From the NCBI GenBank assembly GCA_964658305.1, contig OZ210885.1, positions 2,294,001-2,358,000 on the forward strand: a stretch of 64,000 nucleotides of DNA. Direction: 5' to 3'. Below, piece by piece: positions 25,081-37,005 of the stretch. Under the pieces are notes generated by a model, which had not been told where the DNA came from, did not search any database, and saw only the letters and a list, made by a program, of their open reading frames with translations. The number at the start of each line of letters is the position of its first letter. Position 1 is the first letter of the stretch. The position numbers and the translations under genes are program-made. The DNA is from Leptogorgia sarmentosa. Taxonomy: Eukaryota.

Positions 25081-25627
25081 CTAGAATTTCAAACTTAACT
25101 TCTCGAACGCCGTGATGTACCCAAACATTTTCAATGCATAATCAAGACACGAATACCACAGAGAACGAATTGAAGGAATTTTTTTCACCATCACTGTCCA
25201 CATGAGTACCGCTGACACAAAGTATGTAGTCCATCTTACATTGCGTAATCTATAAAGATATCAAAAATATTTTTAAATAAAAATAGAAGATGTGTTAAAG
25301 TCGATGTTTAGAGTGTTGGATCTGATAAAACACGGACTGCGAGCCTTGAATCAGAGGTGCACTTTTCAAATATCACAGAAAATCGGTCCACATTTCATCC
25401 AAAACTGAGAAAAAAGTCGGCCCCACTGGTCGATCTCGAGTCATTGAACAAATATGGAGTAACTGAGCGAACGATATTAGAGTACATCGACAGACCCACC
25501 TTTTAAATCGTCTTTTAGCGGCTGTCAGATCAGATGGGTCTTCTTTTAATAAGTATTTCTTGATACCAATGACAAAATCTCTGAAGTAGGCATCCCACTC
25601 TATGCGACGAACGTCGAAGGAAAACTC
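25081..25627 (-). pseudogene. Orphan duplicate of FAR exons 13 and 14 (intact frames and splice sites)
   Basis: Exons 25627-25500 ([34 protein letters not shown]...) and 25249-25081 ([10 protein letters not shown]...LKF*). Encoded peptide is identical to that of 45960-45833 and 45483-45315. Confidence 0.85.
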
Positions 25628-25660
25628 CTAAAGAAATATCGAGAATTGACATTGACAAAA

Positions 25661-27711
25661 TTAATTGGAACAATACCAATGGTTACCCCCAAGTACTGTG
25701 ATAAGTGCTCCGTTGTAGTCTTTCATCTCACGTTGAATGACTCCTGTTGCACGATAACTTTCCGTAGTGACAGCATGATTCTCTCCGTACAATTTAACTC
25801 TGATATCACAAACATGTTGATTAGACTGTAGAGCAGACTTGTAGTCTTTCATCTTATACTGTGCAGCCCCAATGTCGTAATAACTTTGAGCTGTGACAGG
25901 ATGATCTTCTCCAAACAGTTTTAATCTAATTTGAAGAGCATGTTGTTCTGACTAAGTGCTGCGTTGTAGTCTTTCATCTCATGTTGTACATGTGTTACTC
26001 CAATGCCGTGATAACTTTGAGCTGTGTCAGGATGATCTTCTCCAAACAGTTTTAAACTTTTAATCTAATTTGAAAAGAATGTTGTTCTGACACAAGTGCT
26101 GCGTTGTAGTCTTTCATCGCATGTTGTGTTACTCCAATGCCGTGATAACTTCGAGCTGTGTCAGGATGATATTCTTCAAACAGTTTTAATCTAATTTCAA
26201 GAGCATGTTGTTTTGACTCAAGTGCTGCTTGGTAGTCTTTCATCTCATGTTGTGTCACTCCAATGTCGTGATAACCTTGAGCTGTGTCAGGATGATCTTC
26301 TCCAAACAGTTTCAATCTAATTTGAAGAGCATTTTGGAAGGACTCTAATGCAGATGTGTAATCTTTCATTTTGAATTGTTTGATTCCGGTGGCGTGATAA
26401 TTTGACGCAATGTCAGGTCGACTATTTTCGTAACTGTTTATTCTATCTTGACGAGCTTTATGTTTCGATGTCAACTGTGAATCCTGACTTTTCATTTCCT
26501 TTATTTTGTTATCCTATGAAAACGAAGCATGTTTGATAAGTTGTTTGGTGTTATGTGAAAATTCTTTTCCACTTTAAACGCTATACATATAGTATATGAG
26601 ACATTTTCGAAACATTAGAAAATGGCCACGGTTTCCATGCTTAGTACGTCATGCATGTTATTGTCCATAAAACCAGGTTGTGGAAAAAACATCCATTTAA
26701 CTTCTACAACCGTAGAATAATACGTACGTAATTAAACTACATTTTCCTAGTTTAAAAATTCTGGTTAAGCGTACAATTGGTATGACTGGCTAGAGTCCTA
26801 AGTGAGTGCATGCTTTGACCAGACGTTCTGATATAATTCATTTTATTTCCATAATAACTTAGATCTCATGTTGGGTGATGGGTTCAACCAGTGAAGAGCG
26901 TTAAGCCCGTTTCACACGACCAAATGTTCTTTGACAAATTTCATGTGTCAAATGTATTTTGAATGTAAATTTGTCAAAACAACCTCGTTTACATGGTCAA
27001 AACCCCTTTTGCAAATGAAATTCGGCAAAGAAAATTTGGTTGTGTTAAGGGGGCTTTATGAAGTTATTTAACGCTACTATTTAAGATTTTAACAATACAA
27101 GGTCGAGATCTAGATTTCGGTGAGATGATAATGGAACTATCTATCACCTCGTAGAAATCTAGAGATCAAACATGAAAATATTGATTAATTTAACAAGTAC
27201 GATTGTACTATTGGACCAGGAACTGGTCCTGAAACAAAGCAAATGGCATGATCCCATTTTGACTTATTTTGACCTTTTTCAGTAATGCAGGTCAAAATGA
27301 GATCTATTTATATTAATAATATGAAGATTTGCACTCTACGCTACAATCTAAAATTGCTTTTAAATCTCCTACAAATTGAAACATCATAAATCTAACTTCA
27401 TCAGTCGATGGAGAATATCCCTGATAATCATTGTGCAAAATATTGTCGCGATGTGATACGAACTGACGAAGCCTTAGCGGTTTTAACCTGCTTCAGTTAT
27501 GCAACTAATTTTGAATATTGTGAATTGCGATTAGTACGGGCCGGTACGGTACAGTTTAAAATCGCTTGTAAACTTCTTCAAAATCAAAAAATCAAAAATC
27601 TAACTCCGTCAGTCGATGGGGAATATCCTTTAAAATCGCTGTGTGGAGTTTCACGGCGGTCTCTTGCGAATTGACGGAGCCTTAGGGTTTTTTAAATAGG
27701 CATCAGCCCCT

Positions 27712-27761
<50 letters not shown>

Positions 27762-29200
27762 GATTAGCAGCGTTTGGGGACCAGTTCCTGGTCCAAAAAC
27801 GTGTCTCAGAAGACATTTTCTTTAACGAAAAAATGTTTTGCTAATTGCTGTACGCCATAGATGGAGGAATAGATTGCAAGTAGAGTAGCCAATCAAATTG
27901 CAGCATTTGCAATAGTACACTTGTATGCTTCTACTAAATTAGGACGCTAAGGGAACTACATGGAGGCAACGTAATAGTGAATACCATTTCGAAAATGCTC
28001 GAAATGTCAATAAGATTTTGAATGGATAAAAACTTATAGAAAAACCAATATGTATCAGCGTTTGATCAATTTGAAAATACGGAAACAAATTCTCTACCGT
28101 AACGCATGATTAAAAATACGCTTTGTACATTACTTACAAGAGTTTTGCCACCAATCATTTTCGAAGTACTGACAAATAATTATTAGGTTAGTTTCTTTTA
28201 AAATAAAGTTGATATATGCAGAGCATTTTTTCAACACTGTGGTTCGTGTATACCGTGAATTTGTTGCCACAGTTATTGGAGGTCTTTGCTGAGCATTAAC
28301 CACTGACATTAACTAAATGAACTACGCGGCTATATCACTGTAGTGGAAAATCGTATAGGAATGTATAGTACACCTTGAACGAAATAAGAACGGCATTAGG
28401 GCAACAAGTTTACCTAGGGTAACAGTCCCCATACATGAGTCCCAGATTTTTAACAGATTCCCATAACAAATACAGTTTACAGTTTTTACCTCTAACAGAT
28501 TTTCCTTTACGTTTCTCCCTTGATCGTCGTCCAGTGTTATACTTTTTACATCCTCGCAAACTGATCCTTGTGAATATCAGACCTGCTTTAGGAAAATATC
28601 TAAATGTTGGTAATCTTCATTGGATTCGATGAATTATTTGCGGGCGAATAGAAATGTTATGAATTCTGTCGTCGCTACATTCGTCTGACGAGTGTAGAAA
28701 ACATGAGAAAAAAATATAATTAAATGTTTCTTTTAAACATCTTACATATACCTGTTGTTTATGGCTTCCTTTGTTTCGTTCACCTCTGCCAAGTTTTCAA
28801 TCTCCACTTTCAGTCCTTGTACTTCAATTCCTGCATTTGAAAATTCTTCTTCCAAGCGTTCTTTCATTCTTCCAGATTCATAATCTGCTAAGACTTCTAA
28901 AAATCTCTCGTCTGTAAAACAATGTAATCGGACGTGCAAAGATCCTGCCTCGATATCTGGATCTCCTTGGTCATCTCGTTCACCACCAAGAGCTTTTTTG
29001 ACGGCACCGTCCACTACTGGCCTCAACAATTTATAACCAACATAGAGAGCACCTAGTTTTTTTGCAGTTGTGCACAGCTTTTCTACCATTTGCAAGGCCA
29101 CTTCCGCATTTTCGGTAGTAACGTTAAAGAAGAAATCACCACCGGTTTTCCATAGAATATTAACACCAGTGCCTTTCACGGTTTCTGATAACGGTTCCAT
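25661..29200 (-). pseudogene. Small N-domain (possibly TRADD-N-like) plus 42-aa TPR array gene; frameshifted after 3 repeats and truncated
   Basis: Phase-compatible exons 29200-28752, ~28600-28490 (acceptor ambiguous), 28302-28254, 28168-28138, and 26513 onward. Upstream acceptor at 29216 and candidate UTR donor at 29956. 126-bp repeats HPDTAxxYHxIGVTQHxMKDYxAALxSxQHAxxIRLKLFGED. An 8-bp insertion causes a stop at 26054-26052. Confidence 0.8.
27211..27796. mobile_element. MITE containing a (CAA)n microsatellite, nested in an older repeat
   Basis: TTGGACCAGGAACTGGTCC ... GGACCAGTTCCTGGTCCAA, with an (AAC)n tract at ~27712-27761. Confidence 0.7.
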
Positions 29201-32200
29201 TATAACGTACTTTGTTCTAAAAGTAGAACACTAGAATGTGGTGAGCTGCAACATCATACACTACGTTTACTTCAGGTTTGTGTGGCTTGATCGGTAATGG
29301 CAACGCTCATCAATACGTAGATTGCACTTTTGTTCACTATATTATTAGGCAAAGTTCTAATCATATTTTAAAGTAATATATTCATGTTCACACACCATAA
29401 AAACAATTGATTTCAAAAGAAATTGTTAACGCAGAATACGAATATAACAAAAAGACAATAAATTGACCACCAATGGTGCTGTCTAGACAGACTTAACTAA
29501 AGACTTGGTAACATCAAACTACATCAAAGATTGCACTCGCTATCTAAAGGATAAAAGAAATTTTGACGATACCAGAAAATTTAGGCCTTTGAATTCATCG
29601 AGCCTTATGGTCACTAATTCCCGGCAACAAAGGATCTTTGTTTCGAAAACCTTGAATTTTGTTTCATTGTTGAGCTAGTATGAGTGTAATCTTCGATGTA
29701 TTTTGATTTGTTTTGTGATTTGCGTCCATTTTGCTCAACATTCTATACAATCAAATGTCAAATGGAAGATATAAATGGTACAGTACATACCACAACAAGG
29801 AACTCCTTGATGACGCTACTCTTCACTCAATGAACATTCAACTGTCACTTCTTATAGCTTTAAAATCTCTGGGAAAAAAGTAAGATTGTTAAAACAACCA
29901 CATAGCATTCAGTTTTCATTCTTATCCAACGGCAAGGAAAAGAATAATGTCTTACCTTGTAGTAAATTACAAATTCGTACAGCAAATATGTCAGTTCGCA
30001 GTCACACCTCTCTCACATTTTGAGATTTGTCAAATTAGCATTTTAATGTGTTAGAATGTTCTATACCGATTGAATAAGTCCGCGTGACGTAGCTGTGAAT
30101 TCAAAACGAAAGAAACATTCACACTATGGCTGCGGAGAAAGACTCAAACGCTGAATGGAATTGTCACAGATGGCTACGAGTTTCGATTCGTTCTGACCAA
30201 GGATTACCAATTTCGTAAATGGATGCTGAAAACTTTGAATTATACTTAATTACCTAATTATACCTAATTATAATTTATAAATTCTACTGATGTAGTCAGT
30301 AGCGCGGAAAATTGTTTTGAAATATGACTGCTATTTTCATATGCAATGTTCGGGACTATATGTGAAGTGTTTTTGCTTGCTTTTAGTACACAACATCATT
30401 AAAACATGTCTTTAAACATCCACAATCTCCGTAAACTTCATGTTTGATATAAACCCTCGCAGTGACTGCGCTGTTTGTTGTGACCTCATGCGAAAAAATA
30501 GGTTTGCAAAGCGCACATGTTCTGCGAATGGTGAAGCAGAACTGACGGATGAGTCGTCGGTAAGCGCAATCGGACATGCTAAAAAGTCCAGGTTGCCCCT
30601 AAATCTATCACTAAGGTATTGGTTTGCAAGCAATAAATGAACCTAAACTAAAGCTAACCCTAAATATGAAACTAATCGAACCCCAAAGCTAACGCACAAA
30701 ACATTAAACCTAGAACTATACTTAATTCATTGACAAGCAAGTAGGACGAGGATTTGCTGAAACTTGGCAATTCCCACTATTTTGTTATTCTCACCCAGCG
30801 GAAGATGTGGACTGGCAACCTCGTTCCCTCCTCCCCCAAAGGCCCTGGGAACGAGGTTGGGAGTTGGGCTAGGGACTGTAGACGCTGAGGGACGGAAAAC
30901 ATGTATGACCCTCCTAGAGCCTCCCCCTACTTGGGACAAAAACATGTTGTTTTTTCATTGCACAAAGAAAAAACAAAGAAAAAAATTCATTCGCCTCTCT
31001 TAGACAAACGTCGCCATTTTGAAAACAAATTTTTAGCGGGAAATGATCATGTGATCATCTGATCGACATTCTTCGCTAGTGAAGATTCGTCTCGTACCCA
31101 GGCATCTCTGAATGGTTGACATTACACCATCATTACAACGAACGCTTGACATTACATGAAGTACTGCAGCACGCGAAGAGTGCACATTGAGTCACTGACA
31201 TGAAATCGGGACGCCTGGTAGATCTTGGTCAATTTCTTGCAAATGTTGTCGGTTTCTTTTGTCGCGGAATTGCTTTTGTCCCTCAATATTTCGTTCGTTT
31301 TCTTTTGTTCTGTTCTGTTCGTTTCGTTTCGTTTGTTTTGCTTTGTTTGTTTTGAAGCATGTCCCAAGTCCCACTGGACTAGGGAGCGCCAATACGTCAA
31401 CGATTCAAGGGGTTACTTATCCGGATTAGATTTATTTACAAAGTACCAAATTAAAAATATGGATATGGCTTGGCTGTTAACCCCTGTTATGTTCTTTATT
31501 TTCTTGTGCAAATAGGCGATGCTACACTAATTTGGGCTTCTGTGCGTGCGAGAGAGCTATCTCTCAACCGAATTCTGATTAGTAATAGTTAGTAATATGT
31601 ACTTTTATATGTAAATATTCTATGAATCGAGAGAATAGCTATATTTTTGGGCTATTCTGTAAATTTGATTTCAAATAAAGTTTATTTATGTATATGTGTT
31701 TGTACGCGTGGTATTGCTAGTAATTTTGAAAATTAGTTTTTTTTAATTTGAAAAAGCTGTGTGTCTATTGTCAAAACTAAAAGGATTTTTTGTGTTGATA
31801 GATGTGTTGGCCATGTGGTGCGCCACGACAGCAGACAAGATCTGCCAGGCGCTCCACAAGGTGCCTCCCTCCCAAAATCCCTTTTGCGTATCATGCAAAT
31901 TGCGCGTCGTATTTGAGAGCGCCTGGGTACGACGCAGAGTGAAGATATGGAAAATATCTCACTGTGAATTTCTTGGTATCTCTGTCCACTATATGATAAA
32001 ATTGAATATTCCATGCATGTAATATAATTTATTAAACAATTATTGAACTCTTTGGATACATACATAATAATAGAAGGCGAACTAGTTTAACTAAATAAAC
32101 AACGGTGAAGACCATGACGTGGGCAATTACAATTATCTGAAAAAAACAAGGTTTCGTTCGAAACTCCGAGAGCTGATGCTCCATTTTCTAGATTGTTGTA

Positions 32201-32321
32201 ATTACCTCACGCCGCCGTTGTAATAACACAATTGAGATCTATACAGTAAATATCAATAGCAATTACTAGTAATACTTGTAAAACGAAGGCAATATATAGT
32301 TAAGGTAATACACACTCACAC

Positions 32322-32808
32322 AATACAGACCTAATAAAACGCGTCTCTTCTGATGTCTGATGACGTTCCCGCCTCTCGTTGGATAACGAGGAACTAAATC
32401 CTCAAATTTCACATTAGCCAATGTCTTTGATATGACCGCTGAATGAACTGGAACTTTATCGACATTTCATTGGAAAACTTCTGTCAGCAATCCAGTGCAC
32501 TTCCTACCTAATTCCTAGTGCGCGACATTTTAAAATAACTGTAAGGCTTGGCTGTGTATTATGGATGTAATTTGCACACACAGCCAAACATTACAAATAT
32601 TTTAAACTTAGCGCACTAGGGACTAAGAAGTGCCGTTTATTTCTAACGGAAGTGTCGCAGTGTGATGTCGAGAAGGTTCCAGTTCATTTTGCGGTCAGAT
32701 TAAAGATGACGGCTAATGTGTGATTCAGAACTGAGTTTCTAGCAAAGTCCAACAAGAGGTGGCAACGTTAGCAGCATCGGAGGAGTTGCTTTTTATTAGG
32801 TCTGTATT
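32322..32808. repeat. Imperfect foldback palindrome, ~490 bp
   Basis: AATACAGACCTAATAAAA ... TTTTATTAGGTCTGTATT. Internal arms pair (GACCGC.GAATGAACTGGAAC / GTTCCAGTTCATT.TGCGGTC; TTGGCTGTGT / ACACAGCCAA). Confidence 0.8.
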
Positions 32809-33013
32809 CCGGTCATGCGTTGACAACTTTAGAAATATTCAAAAAATACGAATGTGATGAAAAATTTTTCAATTTCAGGTTGTATTTGTAACTAGACCAA
32901 TTCGTTATTAATTATTAACGAATTGGTCTAGTTACAAATACAACCTTAAATGAAATGTTCATTACCACATTCGCACTTTTTTGAATATATCATAAGTGAT
33001 CAGCGCATGACGG
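32809..33013. repeat. Foldback palindrome, ~205 bp, ending 5 bp from the STAND gene stop
   Basis: Perfect 31-bp core AGGTTGTATTTGTAACTAGACCAATTCGTTA / TAACGAATTGGTCTAGTTACAAATACAACCT, with outer arms GTCATGCG / CGCATGAC. Confidence 0.85.
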
Positions 33014-33018
33014 TGTTA

Positions 33019-36000
33019 CTAACCGAAAAAACGGAATCGCAATGTTTCGCTGTTTTGTTCCTTCTCTGTGGGATTCCCACATAACGCGGATGAGGAACAT
33101 ATTTCGTAGTAAGATATAACGGTGCTTGAAGAAAGCCCCTTGTTATCCGATGTCGAAGAACGTTTTACTGGTGCGAAGGTTTTCATAATCCCTGAGATGT
33201 ATCGGCAACGTTCTTTTTTACCTCGTGAGACAAGACGGAATGGATGAAGATCGATGCGCTCTTGTATCATTATCGGATGTGGATGACGACCACCATAAAG
33301 TCCCAAACTAATTTTCAAAGCTGAGAGGTAGGACTGGAGTGATGATTCATAATCCCCCATGTTGTCTTGTACAAGTCCAATGTTGTAAAATGAAGTTGCA
33401 ACTTCTGCGTGCATTTTGCCATGAAGATTTTGTAAAGTCTTCAAAGCAGATGTATATGCCTTTAATGCAGATGTATATTCTCCTTTTGAATCTTTCTCTT
33501 TTCCTATACATCTGTAGCATTCTGCTAGTTTAGGATCCAGGGGAAGTTTTAGCCGAATTTCAAGCTCTTTCGAAAAGAGTTCAACCGCTGATTCTCCGTT
33601 TCCAAATCGCTGCACAGCAATTGTGTGGTAGTATGTTGCTAGTCTTTCATGATGTAACTGTAGCAGTTGGTGAGCATTTTCTACATCTTCAGCCTTTTGG
33701 CATCGTTCTACATCCCGTTGTAGATCTTCAATGGTTGACTCCAAATGTGACGAGTCACTCGAAATACGTAGGTGAACGTTTGCCATGTCACATAACTGGA
33801 GCAAAGAACACACTTCTGCCGTCATGGGTAATCGACTAATTTTCTTTAAAAACTCACAAAGCATACTGGTCAATTCTGCGTCTAACTCTAACCAAGGATA
33901 ATGTCTCGTCCATAGGCTAATTCGTGCGATTGTCCAAACAATCAACGGATGATTACTGGGTAAGGTAGCATCAAGCTCTTCTCTGTGTTCCCGGGGCTTT
34001 CCAATGAGAGGCAACAGCGGAAATGCTGAATTAATTGAACAAGTTTCAACAGCATGTTCACAAAACTGCTTAAATTTGCCAGAATTGCCAGTGCACTTAT
34101 AATAGATCGACAAAAACTGAATGGCCAAAATTTTGAGAATGACATGTTCTGGGTTGTTACTCAGTTCAATCAAACCATCTTCGATGAGTTGTGCGGCAGT
34201 TTTCCCTCCTCCATTAGATAGTTCAAAAATGCCCCTGTAGCACTTGAGCTTCCCTTGAACTGACGAAGGTAAAAGCGAAATTCGTCTGTCCATTTCATCG
34301 TCTTCTGGTGATAAAACGGAAACTGTTCGGCTAACAAAGGTTGTTGCAAAGAATTGTTTGCTCGCATAAAGTCCAGCAATGTCTGTGTCAAATACCTTGG
34401 ACAGAGCCGACTCATACAAAAGTTCAATTTCCACCAGACTATTAGGGTAAAGACCGTCCAGGAAAAATTCACATGTTTGCAAAACATCAACAATCTTCTT
34501 GAGCAATGCATCATCGTCCATACCATTAGTAAGGCTTGACAAAATCCTGTGTTCTTCTTTAAAGAACGTCTTGAAAGCATCCATGGAATCACCCTTTAAG
34601 AAACGTAAGTTAAGATTGCGGAATAAATCTATATAAAACTCATGGAAACGAGCCTTTGATAACATCAGCAAATCTTTCATGTCCGCTTCTCCCTTTTGTA
34701 AAGCGAACGACTGGATAAGAGGATGAAGCCAGTACATTTCACCACGATTGCCATTTCCATCGATCAGTGATTTCCTTTTTAGATTTTCTATATTACGCTT
34801 TGCCTGAAGTTTGCCTCCTCCAACAACAGCAATACCAGCATCCAATTCAAATTCAGCGCCATCGAACACAGAAAGACGAACAAATGTTTCTTTCTCAACG
34901 GTAGAGAGTTTGTTAAACGAGACTTGAATAAGTTGTTTTAATCTGGCATCGTCAGATAGACAGCTAGAATCGTCCAAGACATCTAGCAAACCTTCAGACC
35001 CATGACATATTTCATTCAAAAACTCTCGAGGACTGTCTTTGATAAGGTTACAAAGTAGACGTATAGCTAGTGGAACATTTCCACACATCTTTAATATTTG
35101 ACTTTGAATGTCTACGGGTGTTGTCGACGGTAAAAACTTTAAGATCAAAGATTCTGCAGACTGCAAGTCTAACGGCTTCAACCGCATTGAATCGAATTCT
35201 ACGACCCGGTAGGAAATAGATTCTAAAGATTCTCTGGTGGTTGTCAAAAAAGATATGTTCGGACAGCGATGCAGTACGTCAGTTGTGAAATTTATTAATT
35301 CCTCCTTTTTGTCGCTAGATGTGAGAAGATCGTCAAGATTATCCAGGATTAGAAAAACTCGGGTATTTAAACTTCCAAAAGCACGAAGAATCTCGTCAGC
35401 AGGTGTCATATTCGCATTGCGATTGAACACAGTTGCACGTCCAAATAAGCCAAGTAATTTTGAGAGGAATTCTTTCATCGTATTTACTCCTCGAAATGAA
35501 AAGTAATATACAGATTCCCCTTGAAACTTCAGTTGGTTTCCAATGGCGATGGCCGTTGAAGTTTTGCCAAATCCTGGTGAGCCCCATATACTGAATAACC
35601 GCGCTGACATCATGGATTTACTCACAGCTGCGCGTTCCTCAATCCGACCAACGAAGTCTGGTGTTAATGGTGGAACACACGAATCAGGGATTGTCTGAGA
35701 AGCTGCTAAAAAACGTTTTAGAACGTGTTATTAGTTAATTGCATACATTCGATACACTACACATTTATTGGGGGGGGGGGGGGGAGAGGGGGGTGGTATC
35801 CATGCCTTTCAGACTGCCACATCTAGCTGATGTGTGGTATAAAAGGGGAAAAAAACGAATCTTTCTTTCGCATAAACTTGAGCGAATTATGGAAATATAT
35901 CCCGCAAAATATTTTCATGATGTCGAAAAGTTCCCGTCGATGTGTCAGCGAAGTTCCCGTCGGTAAACGAACGAGAATTTTAACAAATTTACCTTTTTCA

Positions 36001-37005
36001 TTGTCGTATTGAGTGGAAATGCAGCAATTGCATCAAAACTAAACGTATTTTGTGATGTTGTTTTTGCTGTGTCGGTCATATTTAAATTGAATGACAAACA
36101 AAACTGGTCTCAAATCAACTTCTCAGAAAGGGAATTTCATGCCAATTTTATTTAGCGTCGCTCAGAAAAAAATAGATGAGTTAGATCTATTGGCTAGTTT
36201 AAATCCCAACTTCGTTCCCATTCATTTTTTCACGGACCGTCTCTAAACAAACTAGCAATGCCGTGCTAAACATTTAAAATAGAAAAGTCATATCATTACC
36301 ATCTCTGGATGTTTGACCAATAACAGCTTCTAACTTGGATAGTTTTTCCATGACTTCTTGTTGAAGAAACTTGTTGGTTTCTTGTAACTCGACTTTAATC
36401 CGATCATTCAACTCGCTAACTTTTGAGGTTGGAAAATCTTCTGCTCCAAGGGAACCAATATCATCGATTCGAACTGTCGGAAATCCGGTAGCAATAAAGG
36501 CATCTTTAGCTAACTGAATATAATCATCGAAATCAGCTTTACTGATAGTGGGCTTATGTATGTGACACGTATGATTTCTAAGCAGGCGAAGTTGATCGAC
36601 TGCTAAGGTAAAAGTTTCATCCTGATTCCCACTTGGACTAACCACTGAAGAATGAAACAGACTCGGTTTCTTGCCTTTAAGGTATTGCTGACCAAGTGTT
36701 TTTGGATGCTTTCCCGTAGTGACTGCAAACGTGATGGAGCAAACAATTGCTTTATACAGAGCTGTACAATCCCATTCATTGATCGATTTATTGGTTGGTA
36801 TTTCAGTTCTTCCGCCTTCTTTTGCAAGAAGAAGATTGCGGATGGCTACAGAGTCATCCCATATTTGGAACGGTGGAGCGGTGGCTATCTTGTTGTCCCA
36901 CATTGTGATAAATGTTTGTCTTAATGCCTGTGGAAATTCATCCAAAACGATAGATGCGAATTTGAAGAAATTTAATTCTTCATTGCTGAATGATTTCACT
37001 GCCAT
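33019..37005 (-). CDS. NLR-like STAND protein: DZIP3-type HEPN, coiled coil, NB-ARC-type NTPase, helical region, TPRs; about 1130 aa
   Basis: Exon 37005-36300 (706 nt, phase 1) joins exon 35705-33019 in frame (3393 nt). Motifs: EWDCTAL...DQLRLLRNHTCH (RxxxxH), FVGR, Walker A GSPGFGKT, Walker B FLILDNLDD, TTTR, GNVPLAI, LHPLIQ, and 2-3 C-terminal TPRs. An acceptor at 37048 implies a further upstream exon. Confidence 0.88.

Larger units (their letters stand above)
23176..25697. repeat. Segmental direct repeat, copy A (partner 43667-46037)
   Basis: Colinear with 43667-46037: diverged and interrupted at the left end, near-identical from ~23830. Shared sequence ends at CCCCAAGTACT. Confidence 0.95.
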
